This document shows positions 13,230 through 24,889 of a stretch of 64,000 nt of DNA, one piece after another (positions within the stretch are counted from its first letter, which is position 1; every line of letters begins with the position of its first letter). The notes under the pieces are model-generated. The model saw nothing but the letters and a program-made list of their open reading frames with translations. It searched no databases and had not been told where the DNA came from. Position numbers and translations under genes: made by a program. Origin of the DNA: Squalus acanthias (lineage: Eukaryota); contig CM059432.1 of assembly GCA_030390025.1 (NCBI GenBank), positions 63,800,001 through 63,864,000 of the forward strand, in the 5' to 3' direction.

Positions 13230-13544
13230 ATTATGTACATAAGTCACAGAACAAACTATTCCAGGCAGTAGAGAAACTGTAGTGAATAAGGAAGGTTATG
13301 CTTAGCAGGGAGGCTGTGATTGAAGTTGACCACTTGGTCCACAAACCTGTCGGGTTCAGGTCCAGCTTCCACACTATAGGTTTTGCTGTGCACCCACCCA
13401 CACACACTTTAGCACAGCACTGGAGAGGCAGTTAAAGTTTTACCAACTGGCCACTTCCTTTAAGTTAATAAGCAGCATTGGGTGTATGCATGTAATTGAG
13501 AGGTCGCACAACACCAGGTTATAGTCCAACAGTTTTATTTGAAA

Positions 13545-13587
13545 TCACAAGCTTTCGGAGCTATCGATTTGCTCCTTCCTCAGGTGA
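13545..13587 (-). ncRNA. Minimal type I hammerhead ribozyme (mirror copy)
   Basis: Exact reverse complement of 14324-14366. Confidence 0.85.
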
Positions 13588-14323
13588 AGTAAATTAGATA
13601 CAGAATCTCCAAAGCATATATAGATGGAAAACAAAGAATGTGTACTTTACAATTGCAGACCAATAAATTAAATCATCCTGACTATCTGCCGAGGTGTGAT
13701 AAAGTTAATTAAGTCAGCCAGGAAGGTACCACATCAAAGACATAGCAAGATACAACTGAGACAATGAGGTGTAGTCGCAGGGGTTCTAACGTGTCAAAAG
13801 CTGCCGTCTGTATGTAAAACGAAAAGCTTTAACATTTTTTTACTTTTTTACTGGGAAAATTTTTACTTTTTTTACTGGGAATCACATCTGTGAACAAGCT
13901 AACGACGACTCGAGTCCGGATCACGTCATGTATCGTGACATAAACCCAAGATCCCGGGATCTTGGGTTTATGTCACGATACATGACGTGATCCGGACTCG
14001 AGTCGTCGTTAGCTTGTTCACAGATGTGATTCCCAGTAAAAAAAGTAAAAATTTTCCCAGTAAAAAAGTAAAAAAATGTTAAAGCTTTTCGTTTTACATA
14101 CAGACGGCAGCTTTTGACACGTTAGAACCCCTGCGACTACACCTCATTGTCTCAGTTGTATCTTGCTATGTCTTTGATGTGGTACCTTCCTGGCTGACTT
14201 AATTAACTTTATCACACCTCGGCAGATAGTCAGGATGATTTAATTTATTGGTCTGCAATTGTAAAGTACACATTCTTTGTTTTCCATCTATATATGCTTT
14301 GGAGATTCTGTATCTAATTTACT

Positions 14324-14366
14324 TCACCTGAGGAAGGAGCAAATCGATAGCTCCGAAAGCTTGTGA
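14324..14366 (+). ncRNA. Minimal type I hammerhead ribozyme in Penelope pLTR
   Basis: TCAC-CTGAGGA-A-GGAGC-(9 nt loop)-GCTCC-GAAA-GCTT-GTGA: CUGANGA and GAAA cores, helix II, palindromic AAGCTT helix III, TCAC/GTGA helix I. Confidence 0.88.
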
Positions 14367-14701
14367 TTTCAAATAAAACTGTTGGACTATAACCTGGTGT
14401 TGTGCGACCTCTCAATTTTGTCCACCCCAGTCCAACACCGGCATCTCCGCATCATGTATGCATGTAGCCATTCATGCACCTATGCTATGGCAGAGTTAAA
14501 TAAGAAGGGCTATTATTCTATAAACCTACAAATAATATATGACCTCACCAGAAATTAATGCATGATACTTGCATTGTGAGGCAATCATATATGATACAAC
14601 TCTTTGAAGAAGGAAGCATGGAGGGCTTGTTCCTCAGAGATACAAAATGATGACAAATCTGCACATCTCCCGTACTCAGCAGAGAAGAAATAAGACACTT
14701 G

Positions 14702-15474
14702 GGGGTAAAAATTGAGTCGCGCCCCATTTGGGGCGCTAACCTCGCCGGGGCGCGACTTTTAGCGCCCCGAAAAAATTAGCGGCCCCGCGCCGGAACTTCA
14801 GTGGTTGCGCCCCAAGAGGGAAGCGGGGCGCAACTGGAAGCACCCCGCATCCCTCTTGGGGCGCTGCGAGTGAATATCCTGGCGCTACGTGCCGCAGCGC
14901 CACGCGCTGCGGCACGTCGCGCTGCGGTATTGCAGGCCTTCCTCCCCTTCTTAAAGGGGAGGGGCCTTGCGCAGCGCGAACCGGGGCCCAGCTGGGCTCC
15001 CAGGGATCGGGAGTGCCGGCAAAAGAGCCCGGCACTCAAGAGAAGTGCCGGGCTCTTGGAGCGCAGCCGGCACTTCACGGTGGGGGGGCTTCACGGGGGC
15101 CGGGGACAGCAACGGGGGCAGGTGCTGGCAGGCGGCCAGCAACAAAAATGGCCGCCTGCCACCTCCCCTTTAAATATCGCCGCCCCGGCCGCACGTACGC
15201 CCCCCTGAACCCGTCGGACATAGCGTCTGGCGGTAAATCAGGGGGCGCGACTGAAGATCACGGCCGGGGCGCGAGCGGGGCGCTGCGCACGGCGATGACG
15301 TCATCGCCGGCGGCGCAGCGCCACAGGGCGCTACCGGCTGCCGCCGCCGCTAACCTCCCACTAAATTTTTCGGGAGGCGTGGGCGGCGCTGCGCCCGGGC
15401 GTTAGTTGCTTTACGCCCCATTAGCGCCCATTTAAGGCGCTAACGGGAGGCGCAAGCAGCTGAATTTTTCCCCC
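14702..15474. mobile_element. GC/CpG-rich Harbinger-type MITE (probably young)
   Basis: TIR GGGGTAAAAATT / AATTTTTCCCCC and a 3-bp duplication (TTG, or CTT in the alternative register). Termini shared with 5073-5949. Confidence 0.88.
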
Positions 15475-15555
15475 TTGGAGTGCTAAAGCAATACTTCAGA
15501 TATCTTCACCAGTCAGAGGTCTAACAATTTTTCTGAGAGGTAGACAAAATTCTAA

Positions 15556-16280
15556 GGGCTAGAAATTAGGCACCTTAGCGCCTCCCGTTAGCCCCTCCGG
15601 GGGCACTAACTGTGCGCTAAGCAGTTACCGACTGGGCGTGGCGAGAATATCGACTCCGGCTATATTTGGCGGGAGGTTTGCGGCAGCGGTATGGCGTTGC
15701 GCCCCGATCTCCTTCGCCCGAGATCGTGATGTCATCACCATGCGCATCGCCCCGGTCCTGAACTTTGGTTCCGTCCCCTGCAGCATCGCCGGGCGAAAAC
15801 AACGGCAGCTGCAGGAGGCGTTCATCGGGAGGCCGGGCACTTTGGGGCCGATACTTAAAGGCGAGGTGGCTGAGGTAAGTGAAAAAAATTCAGAAATGGT
15901 GTTTCTCATTTTTTTTCCTTGTCTTCACCAGCGATCGATCAGCCCAGCACTCTGCTGCAGTGCAGCAGGCTGATCGGGCCGGATCGTGGCTGCCGTCAGG
16001 GACCAGGTAAGTTTTCCCCTGGCAGAGCCTGCAGCGATGGCCCTTCCCTTTAAGGGAGGGAAGGAGCCTTCCAATGCTGCACGGCCCATTGTACAGCGAT
16101 GCACACCTACTGCCCCGCCTGCTGCCTGTTGCGCTCCAGGAAGGAAGTGGATCACTTGATTTAGTGCTCCACTTCCTTCCTGAAGCGCTAAACCGAATTT
16201 TTTAAAAGTTGAAAACATGAGCGCCTTTTCAACTTTTAAAAGTTAGCGCCCCAAACAGGGCGATATGCAATTTCTCCCCC
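15556..16280. mobile_element. Harbinger MITE with termini matching full-length element 39855-44010
   Basis: TIR GGGCTAGAAATT / AATTTCTCCCCC, flanks TAA/CAA. The first and last ~40 bp match the reverse-complemented ends of 39855-44010. Confidence 0.88.
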
Positions 16281-18017
16281 CAAAAGTATGCTTCATGCAG
16301 TACAATAATGCCATAGACACAGCCTTGCCATAGATTTGGATGATGACCAGCAGCCAGCCTTGGAAGGATAATGATCTGGTAACTACTCCTACGAGTACAT
16401 AACCAAACGTTATGGCATTGTATTTCCATTACATGAATTATTAAGTATTTGTGCTTAATGGACATATTGATGTAACATCTACAAATCATCCACAGATGCT
16501 AGCCCAGAGTATATGAATAATATGGCACATGTCAGTTGTTCTGCGCAGCCTTGGAAACCTCTCTCGTTATAAATTCCACAATTCTTATTGTATAATCAAT
16601 TAACGTCTTCTCCTGGGAGGAACTATTGTGGTTCCACTCTATGCCCCCCTACTATGTGCAAATTCTGCCTTAAAATACAAGTGCAATGTAGATTAAGACA
16701 GAGTGATTTACTTTGCAAACTCTTCAACTGCAGCCTAGCTAAAGTTGATGGGAACATAAGCAATGGCATAGACCAGTTAGGCTTAATGGCTTAATGGCCT
16801 GTTTCTGTGCTATACATTCTATGTAATTCTATGTGAACAGGCCTAATATTACCAACTTGCTTTTGTATTCTATGCCTCTAGATACAAAACCAAGATTGTC
16901 TTTTTATGACCCTATCTACTTGTACTGTGACTTTAATGATCTGTGTATCTGCACAACAATGTCTTTTAACTCCTTTATGCCTTTTAAAATCTTAGCAATT
17001 AGGATGTACTTGTTCTCCCTGTTCTTACTTCCAAAATGCATTACTTCACACTTTTCTATATTGAATTGCATCTGCTATGCATCTGCCTATTCTTCTACAC
17101 TACTTATATCCTAAATTAGGAGGCATAGTAAGTTGTGTAGATGGGAGCAGGAAGTTACAAATACATAGACAGATTAAGTGAGTGGGCAGATAATATCATT
17201 TTGGGATACACTATATGAATGATTTGAGACAGGACATGTGGTAAGTGTAGCATGTTTGGGAGGAAAAAGGTGACTTTGGACCTATGCGGGGCTAAGTTGG
17301 GCTTTATAGCACCCATTTTCTTTAGGTGCTACGCAGCCTCTTAATGCTTGAAGTGCGCCAGATGCCATCTTGGTAAAGAAGTTTGCACGCATGCATACCT
17401 AATGACCATCGGCAGCATGTATAGCAGGCAGATTATGACGTCAGTCAACGTGCAATGCTGATTTGATGCCAGTGCTGTCATTTTCCAAAGCCACACTCCA
17501 GTCTTAACCTTGCACGGTTGAACGCGACATTAAATAACATGAAGGCTCCCTCACCAGCGCTACTTAAAGGGATCATGAACTACTTATAGGTTAGTTGCTG
17601 GATTATTTCTTCTGGCTGCTAGTGCAATTGTACATGATTTTGGAGCTTTCCTGTACTTGCCTAAAGTTTCAATAGTGTACAGGGAGTGGTCTGGCTGGTA
17701 CTGAAGTACATTTTTGTTCATTTAAAAGCTTGTGCTTAAACAAATTGCTTCCAGACATGGGTGGCCTGGTAGGCCATCCTCTTGGAATTAAGTATGACTG
17801 GGTGAATGAAGAGAGGCCACGCAGAGCAGGACAAGCTGCTAAAGAGGGAGGAGGAGGGGGAGAAGGGCTCTCAGAGGGAGACCATATCAGCAGAGGGTCT
17901 TTAGGGAGCAATTCTCTTACCTGAACTTCAGGAACGACCAATGCTTAAGACGTCTTCGCTACACTAAAGAGGTCATGACTGAAATCTGCCAACTGCTGCA
18001 GCCACAACTGCAACCTA

Positions 18018-18110
18018 GGGAACGATAGCGTAGCGGTAATGTCACTAGGCTAGTAATCCAGAAGGCCTAGACTAATGATCTAGAGACGTAAGTTCAAATC
18101 CCACCATAGC
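18018..18110 (+). promoter_or_regulatory. tRNA-derived Pol III promoter head of the LINE
   Basis: A-box TAGCGTAGCGG, anticodon-like arm (ggctagtaatcc), B-box AGTTCAAATCC. Confidence 0.7.
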
Positions 18111-19109
18111 AGCTGGGGAATTTAAATTCAGTTAATTAAGTAAATCTGGAATAAAAAGCTAATGTCAGAAATGGTAACCATGAAACCATTGGATTGTCGT
18201 AAAAACCCATCTGGTTCACTAATGTCCTTTAGGGAAGGAAATCTGCCGTCCTTACCTGGTGTGGCCTATATGTAACTCCAGACCTACAGCAATGTGGTTG
18301 ACTCTTAATTGCCCTCTGAAATGGCCTAGAAAGCGACTCAGTTGTAACAAACCACTACGAAACAAAATAATAAGAAAGAAACTGGACGGGCCACCGGGAA
18401 TCAACCTTGGCACCGGCTACGGACATGGCTACAGCACACCCAGCCCAGTCAACCCTGCAAAGTCCTCCTCACCAACATCTGGGGACTTGTGCCAAAATTG
18501 GGAGAGCTGTCCCACAGACTAGACAATACTCATAGAATCATACCTTTCAGCCAATGTCCCAAACTCCTCCATCACCATCCCTGGGTGGTAGGTCCTGTCC
18601 CACCGGCAGGACAGACCCACCAGGGGTTGTAAAGGAATAGCCATATTCAGAAAAATACACTATCCTATGAACAGAAGTCTGACTTTATTAAAACATGACA
18701 GACTGGGTTTAAAAATTTAAAAGCCTCAATGACACAAAGCTGTAAACACCATACAGGCTTTTGAGATAAGAATCAGTTGTTGACACTAAAACAATAGTCC
18801 CATTGAAGCAGCAGATTGGATCTTCCAGAAAGTCTGAGCTTTCGGAAGAACACAATAAGAATACCCAGTTAAATTGTTTTAAACCAACACTTCGGGAAAC
18901 AGAAACACAGAACATTAAAGAAACATATGCCTTCATAAATATGACATCAAATGAAACAAGGAGACACGAAGTCTGTAATACAACCAATTGAAGTAGCTAG
19001 GAAGACAATCATGTACTCGGCTGAAGTGTTTTTAATTTACATGTTGTAAAAGATACAAACAGAAGACCTTGTAAATATGACATCAGTAGTTAAACCAAGC
19101 AATCACATT

Positions 19110-19606
19110 GGGCTGGATTTTGAATGACCCATGGAGTCGGGTTTGGAGGTGTGCGGGGGGTTAAATTTGTGGGGTCGGGGGTCCCGACCCCATCCCGACT
19201 CCATCCCGCCTCCACGCAATTTTGACAAAATCAGTTGCGGGGTTCCCGACTCCGTCCCGCCTCCAAGAGGTGGGAGAGGCCATTAAAGCCCTTAACAAGC
19301 CCTAAATTGGCTCTGTAATGCCATTTTGAAACATTTTAGCTAGTTTAACCCTTTTCTAACGTGAAGTACACCTGGTGTGAAACACTCCAGTGAAACCTGG
19401 CGGGAGCACAAGTGGATAGCTGACTATGAGCTGCAGGTCCACTATTACAACGGAGATGTGATGAAGGTAGTAGTATTAGGTCTGAAAGTCGCCTCTGATG
19501 CTGCTGCATCGAATGCGTTCAGAGACTGCCTGGCCTTTGCTGTGAGAGGACTTGGATGCAAAAAAATTCTCTCTCTCTCTCTCTCTCTCATTCTCCCTCT
19601 CTCTCT

Positions 19607-19642
<36 letters not shown>

Positions 19643-19646
19643 CTCT

Positions 19647-19682
<36 letters not shown>

Positions 19683-19983
19683 CTCTCATATATCCAGGTC
19701 CAATCACATCAAAAGCCAGGCAGGTCCTCTCTCAGCAACAGCCAGACAGTCTCTGAGACCAGGCAGACAGTCTCTCACCTGCAATGCAGCAGGAATGATG
19801 ACATCATCAGAGGCGACTTTCAGACTAAAACCACTAATTAGTTCATGGGTTCCCACATGCTGGAACTCAATTGCCCAATTAAGTGAAAATTGCATCATTC
19901 ATCCACATTAATCTGGAGTCGGGGGGGGAACACGAAATGCGGATGACACGACCCCAACCCGACCCCAAGACAAAATCCAGCCC
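19110..19983. mobile_element. Harbinger-type MITE nested in the solo LTR
   Basis: Perfect 13-bp TIR GGGCTGGATTTTG / CAAAATCCAGCCC, TSD ATT (19107-09, 19984-86). Confidence 0.92.
19568..19688. repeat. (CT)n microsatellite with CATT interruptions
   Basis: Visible dinucleotide tract. Confidence 0.95.
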
Positions 19984-22450
19984 ATTGTGTTTGTGTTGAA
20001 CTTGGAACAACTAGGAGACACGAAGTCTGCTTACAACCAGCTGAGGTGACTTAAGAATTGAATAGAAGACCTTCGTAAGAATGGCATCAAATAGATACAT
20101 CTGTTACAACCGTTTTTTATGATAAGTTTTGAACACCTAAAGGTAGAGACACAAGTCTGCAAGCTAACAGCTGAACTGACAGTAAGAAAAGAAAGAAGTC
20201 AACAGAAATATAACTAGAGATAATTAGCTTACATCAGCAGGAAACGTCAAAGGATATACCACTGCAAAAAGGGTATAAAATATAGGACTTTCAAATAGGA
20301 GGACAGAAGTCGCTGGAAGGGGCAGAGCGATTCTCGGCAACAGAACCACTCTGTAAGCCTACAACTCTTTGAATCTCGGGTAATCAAAGGTATTTGATTT
20401 TGGTGGATATCCTGGATTAATACTAAGTAAGAAATGTAAAAATGTAATGAAGTTAAGATTTGAGAATAAGGATCTCTGAGAATAAGAATTGTAAGCTATT
20501 TGTTTTTAGAACTGTTAATGTTGCGACTGAATCACTAACTGTTAACTATATGTTGGTTCTTTAATAAATCTATATATTTTTAGAGTTGTCTCACATTGTA
20601 CTTCTGTATCAAACTCGCAAACTCAATCTCTGTACACTCTTTGGTGAGGAGGTGCAGAATTCTGGGGGAGTTTTCCGGACCCTCATAATATCCGGAAGGT
20701 TACAGTCTAGTTAAACTTATTAAAAGTGCTATCTGGAGGACAGTAACATCTTCAGGTCATTCCTTTCCTTTAGGGAGACATAGTCTGGACATTTAGACCC
20801 AATTAAGCGTCTTCTAGGATTCGGCTATCTCTAACTTTAGTTGAAGGTGAACGTCTGGCGAATACGCCTGATCCGGGGTAGCCCGAAAAGGGCTAGGACT
20901 AGTAATTATCCCTTCAGGGTGGCGGCACAGTGGTATACAGTCGGAAAGCAGTGGCCCTGGGAGTCCTCAACATTGACTCCGGACCGCATGAAGTCTCATG
21001 GCTTCAGGTTAAGTATGGGCAAGGAAACCTCCTGCTGATTACCACCTACCGCCCTCCATCAGCTGATGAATCAGTACTCATCAATGTTAAACACCACTTG
21101 GAAGAAGCACTGAGAGTAGCAAGGGCACAGAATGTACTCTGGGTGGAGTACTTCAATGTCCATCACCAAGAGTGGCTCGGTAGCACCACTGCTGGCCTAG
21201 TCCTGAAGGACATAACTGCCAGTCTGGGCCTGCGACAGGTGGTGAGAGAACCAACACGAGGGAAAAACCTACTTGACCTCGTCCTCACCAATCTACCTGT
21301 CGCAGATGCATCTGTCCATGACAGTATTGGTAGCAGTAACCACCGCACAGTCATTGTGGAGATGAATTCCCGTCTTCACATTGAGGACACCCTCCATCGT
21401 GTTGTGTGGCATTACCACCGTGCTAAATGGGATACATTCAGAACAGATCTAGCAGCTCAAAACTGGGCATCCATGAGGCACTGTGGGCCAACAGAAGCAG
21501 CAAAGTTGTATTCCACCACAATCTGTAACCTCATGGCCTGGCATATCCCTCACTCTACCATTATCACCAAGCCAGGGGACCAACCCTGGTTCAATAAGGA
21601 GTGTAGAAGAGCATGCCAGGAGCAGCACCAGGCATACCTAAAAATGAGGTGCCAACCTGGAGAAGCTACAACACAGGACTACATGCATGCTAAAAAGCGG
21701 GCGGAAGCAGCATGCTACAGACAGGGCTAAGCGATCCCACAATCAACGGATCAGATCAAAGCTCTGCATTCCTGCCACATCCAGTCGTGAATGGTGGTGG
21801 ACCATTAAACAACTAATGGAAGGAGGAGGCTCCATGAACGTCCCCATCCTCAATGATGGTGGAGCCCAGCACGTGAGTGCAAAAGACAAGGCTGAAACGT
21901 TTGCAACCATCTTCAGCCAGAAGTGCCGAGTGGATGATCCATATCGGCCTCCTCATGAGGTTGCCACCTTCACAGAAGCCAGTCTTCAGCCAATTCGATT
22001 CACTGCACGTGATATCAAGAAACAGCTCAGCGCACTGGATACAGCAATGTCTATGGGCCCTGACAACATCCCGGCTATTGTGCTCCAGAACTAACCGCGC
22101 CTCTAGCCAAGCTGTTCCAGTACAGCTACAACACTGGCATCTATCCGACAATGTGGAAAACTGCCCAGGTATGTCCTGTCCACAAAATGCAGGACAAATC
22201 CAATCCGGCCAATTACCACCCCATCAGTCTACTCTCAATCATCAGCAAAGTGATGGAAGGTGTCATCGACAGTGCTATCAAGCGGCACTTACTCACCAAT
22301 AACCTGCTCACTGATGCCCAGTTTGGGTTCCGCCAAGACCACTCAGCTCCCGACCTCATTACAGCCTTGGTTCAAACATGGACAAAGAAGCTGAATTCCA
22401 GAGGTGAGGTGAGAGTGACTGCCCTTGACATCAAGGCAGCATTTGACTGA

Positions 22451-22548
22451 GAACATAAGAACATAAGAAATAGGAGCAGGAGTAGGCCAATCGGCCCCTT
22501 GAGCCTGCTCCGCCATTCAATAAGATCATGGCTGATCTGATCCTAACC
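22451..22548 (-). mobile_element. Very short CR1/HE1-type 3' end inserted in the LINE RT
   Basis: gaacataagaacataagaaataggagcaggagtaggcc... is the reverse complement of the CR1 3' end seen at 6810-6880. Confidence 0.88.
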
Positions 22549-24889
22549 GCCAATCTACTATCTACTATCACAGAACCATCTCCTGCATCTAACAGAATTG
22601 CACACACGAAATAGGAGTGTGGCATCAAGGAGCCCTAGTAAAATTGAAGTCAATGTGAACCAGGAGAAAAACTCTCCACTGGCTGGAGTCATACCTAGCA
22701 CGAAGAAAGATGGTTGTGGTGATTGAAGGTCAATCATCTCAGCCCCAGGACATCGCTGCAGGAGTTCCTCAGGACAGTGTCCTAAGCCCAACCATCTTCA
22801 GCTGCTTCATCAATGACCTTCCCTCCAACATAAGGTCAGAAATGGGGATGTTCGCTGATGACTGCACAGTGTTCAGTGCCATTCACAACTCCTCAGATAA
22901 TGAAGCAGTCCATGCCCGCATGTAACAAGACCTGGACGACATTCAGGCTTGGGCTGATAAGTGGCAGGTAACATTCACGCCACAGAAGTTCCAGGCAATG
23001 ACTATCTCCAACAAGCGACAGTCCAACCACCTCCCCTTGACATTAAACGGTATTACCATAGCCGAATCCCCCACTATCAACATCCTGGGGGTTACCATTG
23101 ACCAGAAACTTAACTGGACCAGCCACATAAATATTGTGGCAACAAGAGCAGGTCAGAGGCTAGGTATTCTGCGCCGAGTGTCTCACCTCCTGACTCCCCA
23201 AAGCCTTTCCACCATCTGCAAGGCACAAGTAAGGAGTGTGATGAAATAGTCTCCATTTGCCTGGATGAGTGCAGCTCCAACAACACTCAAGAAGCTCGAC
23301 ACCATCCAGGACAAAGCAGCCCACTTGATTGGCACCCCATCTATCACCTTAAACATTCACTTCCTCCACCATTGGCGTACCGTGGCTGCAGTGTGTACCA
23401 TCTACAAGATGCACTGCAGCAACTCGCCAAGGCTTCTTCGGCAGCACCTCCCAAACCCACGACCTCTTCCATCTAGAAGGTCAAGGGAAGCAGGCACATG
23501 GGAACACCACCACCTCCAGGTTCCGCTCCAAGTCACACATCTTCCTGACTTAAAAGTATAACGCCAATCCTTCATCGTCGCTGGGTCAAAATCCTGGAAC
23601 TCCCTACCTAACAGCACTGTGGGAGGACCTTCACCACACGGACTGCAGCGGTTGAAGAAGGCGGATCACCACCACCTTCTCAAGGGCAATTAGGGATGGG
23701 CAATAAATGCTGGCCTTGCCAGCGACGCCCACATCCTATAAAAACGAATGAATAAAAAAAACCTCAATGCAGGGCAAGGATTGCATTGACTGTGGCTGTG
23801 AAGGTGACCGTGGCTCGTAATGTTTATGTACCTTGCTCCTTCCAGGTTGCTGCTAGAGATGTAAGCAATATCTCTCAGTTTGCTGCATAAGGGAGGTCAC
23901 TGAGGCCCTTTATACACAGAGGGATAGGTTCATCTCATTCCCTCTTGCCAGAGACAAGCAGGCAGAGTGAGCACGAGGGTTTGCATGGATTGCAAGCTTC
24001 CCCGTGGTGCTGGGTGCCACAGACTGCATGCACATTGCCTTGCATGCGCCTCATGTGAACTCTGCCATTTTCATGATCCGAAAGGGGTTCCACTCCCTCA
24101 ATGTGCAGCTGGTGTGTGACCACAGGCTGTGCATCATGCAGGTGAATGCCCATTATCCTGGCAGTGGTCACGATTCCTTCATTCTGCGGCAGCCCTCTAT
24201 GCTACCTTTGTTTGAACTACCACGGTAAATCAAAGGCTGGCTATTGGGTGACAACGGTTATCCACTCATGACATGGCTCATGACTCCGGCCCAGAACCCA
24301 TGCACACGTGCAGAACAGGCATACAATGAGAGCCATGCCCTCACAAGGAATATTATAGAGCACACCATCGGCATCCGTGAGCAATGCTTCCACTGCCTGG
24401 ACCGCTCAGGAAGAGCCCTGTAGTACTCACCTGAGTGGGTATCAAGATTTGTGGTAGTATGCTGCATACTACACAACCTGGCCATTATGAGGGAACATCC
24501 TTTGCCACCACCTATCAGGCGAGAAGCTGAGGAGCAGAAGCACAAGGAAGAGGAGAAGGAAGAAGTGGAGGAGAAGGAGGAGGAAGTGCAACAGAGAGTG
24601 GAGGAATAGGAAGAGGAAGGGAGGCTACAATGTAGACAGCCCCTTTCTGCCCGGGCTCTATGTGATGGAATCCTTCATGAGCGATACCAATAACCTCAAC
24701 CACACCTCCCCACTCACCAACATACCCATGCTCCTTACCTTTGCTCTATCACTGACCATCACGTCGTCCTCTTTCCGACAACACAAAAATAAAAACCACC
24801 AGAAAATACACATTTCAATCCAAATTTATCAATTCAATCATTATCTAATGCAAACAAAAATAAACTAATCACCCTTGTGCATTCCCTTA

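Larger units (their letters stand above)
13495..14454. mobile_element. Penelope-like element: inverted pLTR pair (924-bp palindrome) plus 37-nt tail
   Basis: Arms 13494-13955 and 13956-14417. The centre encodes RDLGFMSRYM, the same C-terminus as the GIY-YIG ORF ending at 45140. 12-bp TSD TGTATGCATGTA (13483-94, 14455-66). Confidence 0.93.
18628..20916 (+). mobile_element. Solo LTR (~1.4 kb without the nested MITE)
   Basis: TG...CA termini and 4-bp TSD GGGT (18624-27, 20917-20). Removal restores the LINE APE (RQDRPTRGGGTVV). TATAAAA ~20274, AATAAA ~20563. Confidence 0.9.
18017..23759 (+). mobile_element. Full-length tRNA-headed APE-RT LINE (CR1/L2 group), interrupted by a solo LTR and a CR1 3' fragment
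   Basis: APE (TTYRPPS, FNVHHQEW, LDLVLTN) and RT (GPDNIP, DIKAAFD, GVPQ, FADD). 3' ggcaataaatgctggcc...aataaaaaaa. Short duplication AACCT at both junctions. Confidence 0.92.
17757..24680 (+). pseudogene. Harbinger DDE transposase (HARBI1-like), split by LINE 18017-23759
   Basis: N-part ends ...EICQLLQPQLQP at 18016 and resumes at 23761. Motifs [53 protein letters not shown]. Confidence 0.88.

Noticed and set aside
14736..16218. Many overlapping GC-rich ORFs and a CpG-island-like appearance
   Set aside because: They lie within TIR-bounded MITEs, are stop-poor because of GC content, and show no recognisable domain or downstream host exon.
18018..18110. Possible genuine tRNA gene (also 35494-35585)
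   Set aside because: Acceptor stem does not pair cleanly, no terminator follows, and both copies are fused to the same LINE.
19377..19911. ORFs with SLSLSL / RERERE low-complexity translations
   Set aside because: Artefacts of the (CT)n microsatellite.
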